NCBI GenBank assembly: GCA_965243135.1
Contig: OZ251539.1
Location: forward strand, 3,904,001 to 3,968,000
From: Alphaproteobacteria bacterium
Lineage (GTDB): Bacteria; Pseudomonadota; Alphaproteobacteria; MPNO01; UBA830
Reading direction: 5' to 3'
Length of the DNA: 64,000 nt
Shown here: one piece after another, positions 47,164 to 57,988 of the stretch
How the letters are laid out: each line of letters opens with the position of its first letter
Numbering within the stretch: position 1 is the first letter of the stretch
Translations under genes and position numbers: made by a program
The notes under the pieces: generated by a model
What the model was told of the DNA's origin: nothing
What the model saw: the letters and a program-made list of their open reading frames with translations, nothing else
Database searches by the model: none

Positions 47164-48462
47164 TCAGGACCGCACGCCCTCGACCACGGCGCGGCATTCG
47201 CCGAAACCGATCCGGTAATCGCCTTCGCACCAGGCGCGCATGGTCAGTTCGTCGCCGTCCTCCAGGAACCTCCGTTCTTCGCCCGTGGGAAGCGGCAACG
47301 GTTCGGACCCGCGCTTCGTGATTTCGAGGAGGCAGCCGAGGCTGCCGTCCTCCGGTCCGGAAATCGTCCCCGTCCCGATCAGGTCGCCCGGCCGCATGTT
47401 GCATCCGTTCGACGCATGGTGCGTCAACATCTGAAAGATCGTCCAGTAGAGATGCCGCATGTTGGTGACCGTCAGGGTCGCCGGCGGCAATCCCTCGTCG
47501 CGCATGCGGCGCGACGCGAGCAGGACCTCGACGCGGACGTCGAACGCGCCGTCGTCGGACGGCGGCGACAGGTAGCGCAGGGGACGCGGGTCGCCCGGAT
47601 CCCTGGGCGCCGGGGAGCATCGGAACGGCGCCAGCGCCTCCAGCGTCACCACCCATGGAGAGACATGCGTGACGAAGCTCTTGGCGAGGAACGGCCCCAG
47701 CGGCTGGTATTCCCACGCCTGGACGTCGCGGGCCGACCAGTCGTTCAGAATGCAGAGCCCGAACAGGTGAGCCTCCGCTTCGGCCATCGAGACCGGTTGC
47801 CCCATCGGGTTGCCGGGCCCGACGTAGACTCCCATCTCGGTTTCGAAATCCAGCGCCTTCGTCGGTCCGAACGCCGGCTCGCCGTCCCCCTTGCTCTGGC
47901 CGACCGGGCGCAGGCAGGGCGCGCCGCTCGCCACGACCGACGACGCGCGCCCGTGATAGGCGACCGGCACGTGCTTGTAGTTGGGCATGAGGGGATTGTC
48001 GGGCCGCAGCATTCGCCCGACGTTGGTGGCGTGGTGAAGGGACGCGTAGAAATCCGTGAAGTCGCCGATCCGCGCCGGCAGCAGCATTTCGACGTCGGCC
48101 AGCGCGACGAGGATGTCGTCCGCCGCCGCCTGCGCCGCTTCGCCCTCCGCCGTGTCGTTTCGGAGCGCGCGCGACGCGGCCTTCCGCAGCGCCGACCAAT
48201 GGCCTCCGCCCATCGCCATGAGCGCGTTCAGCGTCTCGCCTTCGCAGGCTCCCGCGGCATCGTCCGCCGCGCCCCCGATCGCGCCGGCGGAACGGGCGCG
48301 CGCCACGTCGAGGATCCTGTCGCCGATCGCGATGCCGATCCTGCCGCGGCCCGTCTGGGGATCGGCGTACGCTCCGAACGGCAGGTTCTGGACGGGAAAA
48401 TCCGTATCGGCCGCGCCCTCCACCCAGCTTTCCAGCGCGGGGGAATGGGTTTCGTTCAGCAT
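47164..48462 (-). CDS. fahA: Fumarylacetoacetase
   Basis: DFPVQNLPFG, GDFTDFYASLHHATNVG, PVAYHGRASS and NDWSARDVQAWEYQPLGPF. Confidence 0.93.
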   Translation of the reverse strand: MLNETHSPALESWVEGAADTDFPVQNLPFGAYADPQTGRGRIGIAIGDRILDVARARSAGAIGGAADDAAGACEGETLNALMAMGGGHWSALRKAASRALRNDTAEGEAAQAAADDILVALADVEMLLPARIGDFTDFYASLHHATNVGRMLRPDNPLMPNYKHVPVAYHGRASSVVASGAPCLRPVGQSKGDGEPAFGPTKALDFETEMGVYVGPGNPMGQPVSMAEAEAHLFGLCILNDWSARDVQAWEYQPLGPFLAKSFVTHVSPWVVTLEALAPFRCSPAPRDPGDPRPLRYLSPPSDDGAFDVRVEVLLASRRMRDEGLPPATLTVTNMRHLYWTIFQMLTHHASNGCNMRPGDLIGTGTISGPEDGSLGCLLEITKRGSEPLPLPTGEERRFLEDGDELTMRAWCEGDYRIGFGECRAVVEGVRS

Positions 48463-49766
48463 CAGCGCCTCCCGTTGAACTTGCTGGCCAGTCCCTGCCA
48501 GCATGCTTGATAATCCTCCTGCGCGAGCGGACAGCTCGCGGCCCATTGGGTCAGCCGCACCGGCCAGCGCGTCTCGAACATGAAGGCCATCGTGTCGCCG
48601 AGGCGAACGGGCGCGAGTTCGGCCTGCGTCGCCGCGGCGTGCGCGTCGGCGTCGGGGCCGTGCGCGGACATGCAATTGTGAAGGCTGGCGCCCCCCGGCA
48701 CGAATCCCTCGGGCTTGGCGTCGTACTGGCCGAGGATCAGCCCCATGAACTCGCTCATGACGTTGCGGTGATACCAGGGCGGCCGGAAGGTGTCCTCCAT
48801 CACGAGCCAACGCGGCGGAAAGATCACGAAATCGACGTTGGCCAGGCCGGGCGGACCGGACGGCGACGTGACGACCGTATAGATCGACGGATCGGGGTGG
48901 TCGAAACTGACGCTGCCGATGGTCATGAAGTTCGCGAGATCGTACTTCCACGGCGCAAAATTGCCGTGCCACGCGACGATGTCGAGCGGCGACCGGTCGA
49001 GGCTGGCCGCCCACAGGGATCCGCCGAACCTCGCGACAAGCTCGAACTCCCCGGCCTCGTCCTCGAACGACGCCACCGGCGCGAGAAAGTCCCGCGGGTT
49101 GGCGAGTCCGTTCGATCCGATCGGTCCCAGATCGGGCAGCCGGAACGCCGCCCCGAAATTCTCGCAGACGTAGCCGCGCGACGGGCCGTCCGGCAGTTCG
49201 GCGCGGAACTTGACGCCTCGCGGGACGAGCGCGATCTCGTTCGGGGCGGCCTCGACGACGCCGAATTCGGTAACCAGCCGCAGCCGGCCCCGCTGCGGCA
49301 CGAACAGCATCTCGCCGTCGGCGTTGTAGAGAACGCGCCGCTCCATCGGCGCGTTCGCGGCGTATACGTGGATGGCGATGCCGGTTTGCGCCGCGCCGCC
49401 GCCGTTGCCGCCGAAGGCGTGAAGCCCTTCGATCAGGTCGGTCTTGGCCTCCGGCACGGGAAGCGGGTCCCACCGCATCTGTTGCGGCGTGAGCGGACCG
49501 TCGGGGAACTGCGCCCACATACCGCGCCCGATCTCTCGGAAGCGGCCGTGCGCCGCCGAGGGACGCAGGCGATACGTCCAGCTGCGGCGGTTTTCCGAGC
49601 GGGGCTGGGTGAAGGCGGTGCCGCTCAACAGTTCGGCGTAGAGGCCGTAGGCCGGCCGCTGCGGCGAATTGCGCCCTTCCGGCAGCGCGCCGGGCAGCGC
49701 CTCGGTCGCGAACTCGTTGCCGAAACCGGACTGATAGTCGAGCCGGGCCGTCGTCAGCGTATCCAT
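48462..49766 (-). CDS. hmgA: Homogentisate 1,2-dioxygenase
   Basis: [55 protein letters not shown] and [10 protein letters not shown]. Confidence 0.96.
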   Translation of the reverse strand: MDTLTTARLDYQSGFGNEFATEALPGALPEGRNSPQRPAYGLYAELLSGTAFTQPRSENRRSWTYRLRPSAAHGRFREIGRGMWAQFPDGPLTPQQMRWDPLPVPEAKTDLIEGLHAFGGNGGGAAQTGIAIHVYAANAPMERRVLYNADGEMLFVPQRGRLRLVTEFGVVEAAPNEIALVPRGVKFRAELPDGPSRGYVCENFGAAFRLPDLGPIGSNGLANPRDFLAPVASFEDEAGEFELVARFGGSLWAASLDRSPLDIVAWHGNFAPWKYDLANFMTIGSVSFDHPDPSIYTVVTSPSGPPGLANVDFVIFPPRWLVMEDTFRPPWYHRNVMSEFMGLILGQYDAKPEGFVPGGASLHNCMSAHGPDADAHAAATQAELAPVRLGDTMAFMFETRWPVRLTQWAASCPLAQEDYQACWQGLASKFNGRR

Positions 49767-50258
49767 GTCGCGTCCTTGCGTGGCGGGAAGCTGCCGCAAG
49801 GTAACGCCATGTCGGCCCCAGATCCAACCGGCGAACGCAGGGACGGCACGACGAAGCGCGCTTCGACCGGAAACGAAATAAAGATATCTCCACTTCAACG
49901 AGTTACGGAAGTTCCTGGCGCATGCGCCGGTCACGCGATCGACGAAACGCCGCCGCGTCGCCGGGAATCCCTCCGTGGGCGCTGTCCGGTCGTCGGCCGC
50001 GTCCCGGGCAGCGACGCCGGCAACGAAACCGCGGCGCTTTCCGCCGCCGCCGCAACCATGTATGATTCCGCCCCGACAGGGAGAACGACGCAACGGCCAA
50101 CCCCGGTTGCAAGACGCGGTTTGATTTTCCGCACGGTCCCGTTCAGAACGCCGATCGGACGGCATTCGGCGACCCGATAACCGGAATGGTCGCCGCGGAC
50201 TATCGTTACGGTCTCCGATCGGAGCGCGGAAAGACGCCCTCGCTGGATGCTCCAACGG

Positions 50259-50717
50259 ATGAAAAGATCCATATTGCTTTCGCTGAGGCCGCAACATGCG
50301 GATCTGTTGTTTAACGGATCCAAAACGGCGGAGTTGCGTCGAACCGTGCCGAAATCGGAAGTAAGCGATGCGTATGTATATGTTTCTTCTCCCGTTCGAA
50401 TTCTTTCCGGCGGCTTCGCGCTCGGCCGGGTATGGTCCGGAGCGCCGGATGAAATCTGGGAAAAAGTCGAACGCCTGGCCTGCGTCGGAAAAGAAGAATA
50501 TTTCGCGTATTTTTCAGGCTGCTCCACCGCCCATGCGATAGAGGTCGAGAATGTTTGGAAATTCGAAAACGCCGTCGGCCTGCACGCGCTTAGAAACGAG
50601 TTCGCGAAATTCGCAGCGCCTCAATCGTGGCGGTACGTTCGCGCTGAAGAGATGCGATTTTTCGGCAGGATGAAACGAAATTGGGTTGCGCCGAGCGCGT
50701 TTCCAAGCAAGCGTTAG
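50259..50717 (+). CDS. ASCH-domain protein
   Basis: [32 protein letters not shown] and APQSWRY. Confidence 0.82.
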   Translation: MKRSILLSLRPQHADLLFNGSKTAELRRTVPKSEVSDAYVYVSSPVRILSGGFALGRVWSGAPDEIWEKVERLACVGKEEYFAYFSGCSTAHAIEVENVWKFENAVGLHALRNEFAKFAAPQSWRYVRAEEMRFFGRMKRNWVAPSAFPSKR

Positions 50718-50996
50718 GCGGTCGCGCCGCCTGAACGAAGCGTTCGAGGTTTTCGACTCCATGCGCGTCTCCGAGGCTGTCGAACGCGACGTTCTCCTCT
50801 TCCGTGCAACGCGCATGTCGGCGCGAGTTGCCGTCAAGGCGGTTCGTGAAGCCTTTCTGTCTCGGATTTTTTGAGCGACATTGCCCGAAGGTCCCTGGCG
50901 ATCCCGTTGAAACCGCGAGCGTGGCTCGCGTCGTCCTCGGCGAACTTGTCTCGAAGCGCGGAAACGTTGATGGTCCGCGCTGACGTTCCCGCCAGT

Positions 50997-51520
50997 TCAG
51001 CTAGCGCTTCCGCCGCAGGCGCGAGGACGTTGGCTCTCGACGTCGGCGCACCGTTCGACAGGCGCCTCGAAAGACTCGCTGTCGTCAAACGACATGCTGT
51101 CCGCCAGCGTTCCGGCATGATCGTCGGCGAGCGCGCTGCGCGTCGACCCAGCAGGAACCAACCGGAGTTCGCCTGTAACCGCGGCCTCGTAATCGATCCA
51201 GTGACCGGCAGCATCCCTTTCTCCGAAAAACATGCCCTCGCGACGCGACGCCGCTCGGGCAAGGGCGTCGTCCGCGAATGCTTTATCCGCGACACCGGCG
51301 TCTTCGAGCCGGGCGGCCAGCGCCTAAACGGCCGGTCGCCCCGTCCCCGTTGCCGGACGCGGAAGACGCGCATGGACGTAACCTTTTCCCGCAAGGTGCG
51401 CTCGGCAAGCATGACCGCCGGGAACGACAGGTCCGGCAGGAAAGCGCCCATGTCGCGCGAGACCGGTCGCGTCTCGCGAGGCTTTCCGGTTGAGCGGGCG
51501 CCGAAATCCACCAATACCTC
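50997..51520 (-). pseudogene. C-terminal remnant of a second AbiEii-family nucleotidyltransferase
   Basis: VLVDFGARSTGKP, VMLAERTLREKVT, then a frameshift to MFFGERDAAGHWIDYEAAVTGELRLVP; no N-terminus. Confidence 0.6.
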
Positions 51521-51567
51521 CGGAAGGTGTTCCCGTGGCAAACCGCACGGCCTATTTTGGCCTCGTC

Positions 51568-52959
51568 ATGCCGGATAGTCAGAATTCCCCGCTGGCGGCG
51601 CTGCCGGCCGTCGACCGCCTGCTCGACGGCGAGGAAGCGCGGGATCTGGCGGCCGAATTCGGTCGCCCCGAAACCGCGCAGGCCGCGCGCGAAGTCCTCG
51701 CCGCGGCGCGCGCCGCGCATCTGCAGTCGGGCGACGCCGTTCCCGGCCCGGACGCCCTGCTGGCGCGCATCTCGGCGCGTCTGAACGAGCGCGCCGCGCC
51801 GTCGCTGCGCCGCGTGTTCAACCTGACCGGGGTCGTCCTGCACACCAATCTTGGCCGCGCGCCGCTCGCCGAGGCCGCGGTCGAGGCCGCGGTCGAGGCC
51901 GCGCGCGGCGCCGGGAACCTCGAATACCGGATCGCGGAAGGAAAGCGGGGCGACCGCGACGAACACGTCGAAGAACAGCTCTGCCGGCTGACGGGCGCGG
52001 AAGCCGCCACCGTCGTCAACAACAACGCCGCCGCCGTGATGCTGGCGCTCAATACCTTCGCGCTCCGGAAGGAAGTGCCCGTGTCGCGAGGCGAGCTGAT
52101 CGAAATCGGCGGTTCGTTCCGCATGCCGGAAATCATGGCGCGCGCGGGCTGCCGGCTGGTCGAGGTCGGCACCACCAATCGCACCCATCTGCGCGACTTC
52201 GCGGAGGCGATAGGGCCGAACACCGGCATGGTCATGAAGGTCCATACCAGCAACTACGTCGTGAAGGGCTTCACCGCCGAAGCGCCGGAACCCGCCCTCG
52301 CCTCTCTTTGCAAGGAAAAGCGCATACCTTTCGCGGTCGACCTCGGCAGCGGCGCCCTGGTCGATCTGGAGCGTTTCGGGTTGCCGCGCGAGCCGACCCC
52401 GATGGAGGCGCTGCGGCACGGCGCGGATCTCGTCACGTTCTCGGGCGACAAATTGCCGGGAGGCCCGCAGGCCGGCATCGTCGTCGGCGGAAGCGAAGAG
52501 ATCGCGCGCCTTCGGAAGAACCCGATGAAGCGCGCGCTGCGCTGCGACAAGCTGACGATCGCGGCGTTGTCCGCCACGCTTCGGCTCTACGCGGATCCCG
52601 AGCGCCTGCCCGAGCGCCTGCCGGTCCTTCGGATGTTGACGCGCCCCCTCGCGGAAATCGCGGCGGCGGCGCGGCGCCTGGCGCCGGCCGTGGCTGCCGC
52701 TGTCGGCGATTCCGCGGCGGTGGCCGTCACGGAATGCGAGAGCAGCGTCGGCTCGGGCGCTCTGCCGACGCGCAGCGTTCCCAGCGCGGGGCTTTCCCTG
52801 ACCCCGGCGGACGCGAGCGTCGACAGGCTCGCCGCCGCGTTCCGCGCGCTTCCGGTTCCGGTGATCGGCCGCGTCCGCGACGGGGCGCTGCTTCTCGATT
52901 GCCGCTGCCTCGAAGACGAAGGCGGCTTCGCCGCGCAACTGAGCGCGCTCGGCCGATGA
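51568..52959 (+). CDS. selA: L-seryl-tRNA(Sec) selenium transferase
   Basis: [49 protein letters not shown] and FSGDKL.GGPQAG. Confidence 0.97.
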   Translation: MPDSQNSPLAALPAVDRLLDGEEARDLAAEFGRPETAQAAREVLAAARAAHLQSGDAVPGPDALLARISARLNERAAPSLRRVFNLTGVVLHTNLGRAPLAEAAVEAAVEAARGAGNLEYRIAEGKRGDRDEHVEEQLCRLTGAEAATVVNNNAAAVMLALNTFALRKEVPVSRGELIEIGGSFRMPEIMARAGCRLVEVGTTNRTHLRDFAEAIGPNTGMVMKVHTSNYVVKGFTAEAPEPALASLCKEKRIPFAVDLGSGALVDLERFGLPREPTPMEALRHGADLVTFSGDKLPGGPQAGIVVGGSEEIARLRKNPMKRALRCDKLTIAALSATLRLYADPERLPERLPVLRMLTRPLAEIAAAARRLAPAVAAAVGDSAAVAVTECESSVGSGALPTRSVPSAGLSLTPADASVDRLAAAFRALPVPVIGRVRDGALLLDCRCLEDEGGFAAQLSALGR

Positions 52960-54869
52960 TCGTCGCGACCGCAGGGCACGTCGACCACGGCAAGACGCTG
53001 CTCGTCAAGGCGTTGACGGGAGTCGACACCGACCGCCTTCCCGAGGAGAAGAGGCGCAACCTGACCATCGACCTGGGTTTCGCCTACCTGCCGCTCGACG
53101 ACGCGGAAACCATCGGGTTCGTGGACGTGCCCGGGCACGAGCGGTTCATCCGCAACATGCTCTGCGGCGTCGCGGGAATCGATTTCGCGCTGCTTATCGT
53201 CGCCGCCGACGACGGACCGATGCCCCAGACCGAAGAGCATATCGCCATTCTCGACAAGCTCGAAGTGAGGCGCGGAGCCGTGGCGCTCACCAAGATCGAC
53301 CGCGTCCCGGAAGAGCGCGCCGCGGAAGCCGCGGAAGAAGCCGAGATCGCGCTCGCAGGCGCGACGCTGGAAAACGCCGAGATATTCCCCGTCTCCGCCG
53401 TCACGGGTCAGGGAGTGCCGGCTCTGAAGTCCCATTTGGCCGCCGCTGCGCGCGGGCTGCCGCGGCGCCCGGCGGCGGGCAACTTTCGGATGGCCGTCGA
53501 TCGCAGCTTCGAGGTCGTGGGCGCCGGACTCGTGGTCACGGGCACGGTGTTTTCGGGGACCGTCGCAACGGGCGACAAAGTCCGGGCCGGCGATATCGAG
53601 GCGCGGGTTCGCGGAATGCGCGCGCAGAACGCGCAGACCGACGAGGGACGCGCCGGCCAGCGCTGCGCCCTCAATCTCGTCGGCGCAGGCCTCGACAGAT
53701 CCCGCGTCGGACGGGGCGATTGGGTGCGCGCGGAAGAGGCGCCCGCGCCGGCGCGCAAGATCGACGTCCGTCTCGAAGCGCTCCGAAGCGAACGCCGGCC
53801 GCTCGCGCACTGGACGCCCGTGCACGTCCACCTCGGCGCGAGCGAGACCACCGGCCGGGTCGCGATCCTCGGCGGCGAACGGATTCCGCCCGGCGCCGAC
53901 TCGCTCGCTCAGCTGGTTCTCGACCGCCCCGTTCTCGCCGTTTGCGGAGACAGGTTCATCGTTCGCGACCAGTCGGCCCGTCGCACCGTCGGCGGCGGCC
54001 GGGTGATCGATATCTTTCCTCCGGCGCGCGGCCGCGCGCGGCCGGAACGCCTGGCGTTCCTGGACGCCATGGAAGAATCCGACGACGGCGTCGCGCTCTC
54101 GCGACTACTGGAACTCGCCGCGGACGGACTGAACCTCGACCGTTTCGCTGCCGCTCGCAACCTTTCGCCGGAAGACGGCGCTTCGCTCCCGACGCTCATG
54201 CCGATGAAGACCATCGCCTGCCGATCCGGAACGTTCGGCTTTTCGGAGGAGCGATGGGGCGCGGTCCGCGGCGCCGTCCTCGAAGGTCTCGCTGCATGGC
54301 ATCGGAAAAGGCCCGACTCGGTGGGGCCCGGCGAAAATCGCCTCCTCGCCGGCACGGGCGTCCGGCTCCCGCCGGACGCCGCGATGGTCGTCGGCGCCGC
54401 GCTCGCGCGCGAGGGAGCGGTCGTCAAGGAAGGCCTCGGCGTGCGGCTTCCCGCGCACCGGCCGAGCCTGCACGGAGCCGACGCGGCGAACTGGAAAAAA
54501 ATCAGACCGTTGCTTGACGAGTTGCGGCCGCCGGCGCTCGGCGAAATCGCGGCGGGCGTCGCGGGCGACGTCCGCAAGGTGGAATCGCTTCTGGTCAGGG
54601 CGGGACGGCACGGACTGGTCGTCAGGATCTCCAAGAACCGGTTTTTTCTTCCCGAAACGTTGCTCCGGCTCGGAGAGATCGCGGAGCGGGCAGCCGACGA
54701 CGACGGCAAGATAACGGCCGCCGCCTTCCGCGACGCTTCGCAGATCGGGCGCAATCTCACGATCGAGGTCCTCGAGTTTTTCGACAAGGTTAAATTCACC
54801 CGCCGCGTGGGCGATGGCCATGAGCTGATGCGGCCGGCCGCCGACGCATTTGGCGGCGAGCGGGATTGA
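52956..54869 (+). CDS. selB: Selenocysteine-specific elongation factor
   Basis: [45 protein letters not shown] and C-terminal [20 protein letters not shown]; ATGA overlap with selA. Confidence 0.97.
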   Translation: MIVATAGHVDHGKTLLVKALTGVDTDRLPEEKRRNLTIDLGFAYLPLDDAETIGFVDVPGHERFIRNMLCGVAGIDFALLIVAADDGPMPQTEEHIAILDKLEVRRGAVALTKIDRVPEERAAEAAEEAEIALAGATLENAEIFPVSAVTGQGVPALKSHLAAAARGLPRRPAAGNFRMAVDRSFEVVGAGLVVTGTVFSGTVATGDKVRAGDIEARVRGMRAQNAQTDEGRAGQRCALNLVGAGLDRSRVGRGDWVRAEEAPAPARKIDVRLEALRSERRPLAHWTPVHVHLGASETTGRVAILGGERIPPGADSLAQLVLDRPVLAVCGDRFIVRDQSARRTVGGGRVIDIFPPARGRARPERLAFLDAMEESDDGVALSRLLELAADGLNLDRFAAARNLSPEDGASLPTLMPMKTIACRSGTFGFSEERWGAVRGAVLEGLAAWHRKRPDSVGPGENRLLAGTGVRLPPDAAMVVGAALAREGAVVKEGLGVRLPAHRPSLHGADAANWKKIRPLLDELRPPALGEIAAGVAGDVRKVESLLVRAGRHGLVVRISKNRFFLPETLLRLGEIAERAADDDGKITAAAFRDASQIGRNLTIEVLEFFDKVKFTRRVGDGHELMRPAADAFGGERD

Positions 54870-54885
54870 GTTATTCTTCCGGCGC

Positions 54886-54980
54886 GGAAAGGAATCGTCT
54901 CCGGTGGGGCGCCCGGTCTTCAAAACCGGCGAGGGGCGTGAGACGTCCCTGGTGGGTTCGACTCCCACTCTTTTCCGCCA
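54886..54980 (+). tRNA. selC: tRNA-Sec (anticodon UCA)
   Basis: 95 nt; 8-bp acceptor stem GGAAAGGA/TCTTTTCC, anticodon arm CCGGT-CTTCAAA-ACCGG, long variable arm, GGTTCGACTCC and GCCA end; directly after selB. Confidence 0.97.
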
Positions 54981-55219
54981 GCGGACCTGACGAACGAAAC
55001 GGGTCGTTTCGGCGTTCCGTCGTTCGGCGCGACAAGATCCGCTTGGCCAGACACGACCCAAACCGAACTCCAGCGCGCTGGACGCGCTCCGTCGATCGAA
55101 GAACTCGCGCCTGCCGCGAACCGGACGCAAACCGGCGGCGACCGCCGACATCGCCGGTTGACGCCCGTCGTTCGGGCCGATAACGTTTTCCGCGACATCA
55201 TGATACGGAGTGCGCCATC

Positions 55220-56338
55220 ATGACCTTCGACTATGCGGATTCGCCTTATCCGGTGCGTTCGGATCTCGTCGAGACGCATCGGCGGGCGTGGAATCGCCTG
55301 TCGGGCGCCGGAACGTGGCTCGCCGGCGAGCGGCGCGTCGCGATCATGGCCGAGACCCGCAACGCCCCCGGCTGCGCGTTCTGCGGCGAAATCAAGAACG
55401 CGCTTTCGCCCTTCGCCGTCCAGGGATCCCACGACAGCCTCGGCGAACTGCCCGACAACTGGGTCGACATGATCCACCGGATCGTGGCCGATCCCGGGCG
55501 CCTGACCCGCAGCTGGTACGATCGGACCCTCGCGAGCGGAATCTCCGACGCCGAATTCGTCGAAATCGTCAGCGTCGTCGCGCACGTGACGGCGGTCGAT
55601 ACCTTCGCGAAAGGGCTGGGCGTTCCGCTCCGTCCGCTGCCGGAATCGCGGGACGGCGCGCCCTCGCGCTACCGTCCGGCGGAAGCGCGCCAGCATCAGG
55701 CATGGGCGCCGAACATCGCCTGGAACGAGCACGGCCCGAACGAGGCCGATTATTTCGTCGGCCCGGAAGCCAACATTCGCCGCGCCCTCACGCTGGTTCC
55801 CGACGAGGCGCGGGGTTTCTTCGACCTCGCCAGCGCGCAGTATCTGGCCGGTCCGCAGATGCGCGATTTCAGCCGCGAGTTCCGCGCCATCACGCACGCC
55901 CAGATCGAGCTGCTGGCGGCGCGGGTTTCGGCGCTCAATCAATGTACCTACTGAACGACCAGCCATGTGGCAGTGCTCCGTGCGAGCGCAAAACATAGCG
56001 GACAGGAACTCGATTACAGGGCGGTCACCGGCGGCGCGGACGCGGGAGACACCGGCGTTCCGGCGGGCGATCGGCTGATCGCCTTCGCGGACGCCGTCAT
56101 CGACGGAGACGCGGCGCAGTTGGACGCGGCGCGGCGCGCGCTCGCGGACGCCGTCGGCGGCGAAGGGCTGGTGGACGCGGCCGGCGTGGCCGGTTTGTTC
56201 AACGCGATCGACCGGGTCGCCGACGCCACGGGCGCGCCGCTCGAAGACTGGAAACTCGAAGAGACCGAAGATATCCGCTCGGAGATCGGCATCGGCGAGT
56301 TCGCCGCCGCGAAGGCGGCGGTCGAACAGGCAGCCTGA
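55220..56338 (+). CDS. Selenoprotein: AhpD/CMD-like protein with CxxU motif and an N-terminal CxxC
   Basis: QIELLAARVSALNQCTY-TGA(55952-55954)-TTSHVAVLRAS is in frame with ORF 55967-56338; a SECIS-like hairpin follows; located right after selC. Confidence 0.88.
55965..55996 (+). promoter_or_regulatory. Bacterial SECIS element
   Basis: Upper stem GUGCUC-CGUGC-GAGCGC (55973-55989) with loop GU 26 nt after the UGA; possible lower stem AUGU/ACAU. Confidence 0.72.
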
Positions 56339-56347
56339 CCGCGCGAA

Positions 56348-56393
56348 CCGCCGGCCCGCGGCGCGGGAACCGTTCCGCGCCGAGGTCCGGCGG
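56348..56393. terminator. GC-rich hairpin between convergent genes
   Basis: CCGCCGG..CGGCGCGG / CCGCGCCG..CCGGCGG; no clear U tract. Confidence 0.45.
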
Positions 56394-56398
56394 CCCGG

Positions 56399-57847
56399 TT
56401 ACGCCGGCGCCGCGTCGGGCGGCTTTTCGAGCCGCGACGTTCGCAGCACGATCGCCTTTTCGGCCTGCAGGTCGCGGATCGCGCCGGCCACGGTGCCGGC
56501 TCCCAGACCCGAACTCCGCCAGCCGCCGAACGGAGTCCAGTCCGCCCGAAACGCCGCGTGATCGTTGACCATCACGGCCGACGCGTCCAATCCAGCCGCG
56601 ATTTCCATCGCCGCGTCGATATCGCGCGTGAAGACCGCAGCCTGGAATGCTGTCGGCAGTCCGTTGGCCAGCTCCAGCGCGTCCCGAACGCGGAACCAGG
56701 GCGCGACGCAGACGACCGGGCCGAACGTTTCTTCGGTCATCAAACGGCAATCCGGAGGCGGATTGAATATGACGGTCGGGGCGTAGAGCGTATCCGTCAG
56801 GGCCGCGCCGCCGGTCAGCAACTGCCCGCCGCCGTCGACCGCCTCGCGTACCCGCTCGTGCACGCGAGCCAGCTCGTCCGGACGGATGAGGGGGCCCATG
56901 TCGGTCTCCTCCAGCATCGGATCGCCCACCAGCAGGCCGGACGCCTTCATCGCGAGTTGGGTCGCGAAGCGCGTCGCCACGCGCGTATGGGCGAATACCC
57001 GCCGGACGGAAACGCCGCTCTGGCCGGCGTGCCGGAAGCAACCGGGCAGAAGCGCTTCGCGCACCTCGTAGATATCGATGTCGCCGGCGACGACGACGGG
57101 AGCGGCTCCGCCGTGGCCGAGCGCGCAACGCGCGCCGGGAGCGAGCTTGCTGCGCAGACGCCATCCGGCGTCCGATGGGCCGACGAAGGAAAAAAAGCCC
57201 GTGCGGGGATCGGCGGCCAGCGTCCCGGCCGCAGCTTCGTCGTCCGTCACGATGGCTTGGGCCCATCCCGTCGGCAACCCGGCCTCGGCGAGAATGTCGA
57301 GGAAAGCGAGGCAGGAAAGCGGCGTCTCGGCGGCGGGCTTCGCGACGACCGGACATCCCGCCGCGACCGCGGGCGCCGCCTGCTCGACAATCAGGCCGAA
57401 CGGGTCGCTGTATGCGCCGACCGCCGCAACCATTCCCACCGGCTCGCGCCGAGTGAAGGCCATGCGTTCGCCGGTCGGCCGACTCAGGTTCATCGGCAGC
57501 ACGTCGCCCGCGTCGTTCCGCATCGCGGCGACGCAAGCCTTCGCGATCTCCGCGGCGCGCGAGACCTCGGCCCTCGCGTCGCGCAGCGGCTTGCCGCCTT
57601 CCCGGACCACCAGAGTCGCCAGTTCGTTCAGCCGCTCTCCGATGATCCCGGCTGCGCGTTCGAGAACCGAAACCCGCTCGTAGAGAGGCAGCCACCGGTC
57701 CCGGTTCCTGAACAGGCCGTACGCGATCGACAGCGTCCGCTCGGCGTCATCGGGTCCATGGACGGCGAGCGTCTCGACCCGCGACAGGTCGTACGGGTTG
57801 ACCACCTCGAGGGTCGCGCCTGAAAAGGTTGCGTCGGCCGATGGCAT
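56399..57847 (-). CDS. Aldehyde dehydrogenase-family protein lacking catalytic residues
   Basis: RREPVG, KPAAETPLS, FSFVG, EETFGPV and PFGG..SSGLG are present, but the motifs read GQSGVS (no Cys), ALGHGG (no Glu) and AYSDP (no Asn). Confidence 0.85.
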   Translation of the reverse strand: MPSADATFSGATLEVVNPYDLSRVETLAVHGPDDAERTLSIAYGLFRNRDRWLPLYERVSVLERAAGIIGERLNELATLVVREGGKPLRDARAEVSRAAEIAKACVAAMRNDAGDVLPMNLSRPTGERMAFTRREPVGMVAAVGAYSDPFGLIVEQAAPAVAAGCPVVAKPAAETPLSCLAFLDILAEAGLPTGWAQAIVTDDEAAAGTLAADPRTGFFSFVGPSDAGWRLRSKLAPGARCALGHGGAAPVVVAGDIDIYEVREALLPGCFRHAGQSGVSVRRVFAHTRVATRFATQLAMKASGLLVGDPMLEETDMGPLIRPDELARVHERVREAVDGGGQLLTGGAALTDTLYAPTVIFNPPPDCRLMTEETFGPVVCVAPWFRVRDALELANGLPTAFQAAVFTRDIDAAMEIAAGLDASAVMVNDHAAFRADWTPFGGWRSSGLGAGTVAGAIRDLQAEKAIVLRTSRLEKPPDAAPA

Positions 57848-57988
57848 GGCGTCGTGAATCCGGATCGGGAATGCCGGTGCCTATCACGCTTCCGGCGAAC
57901 GCGGAAGCGCGGCGCGGTCGCCGCGCGTCCGGCGTTTTCCCTGCCCGCCAAATCCTCTAGAGTCGCAACGGGGCACAAGGAGCGCAGC

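Noticed and set aside
54886-55219. Genomic island integrated at tRNA-Sec
   Set aside because: No integrase and no duplicated tRNA 3' end seen; the TTCGACTCC at about 50752 is too short to count.
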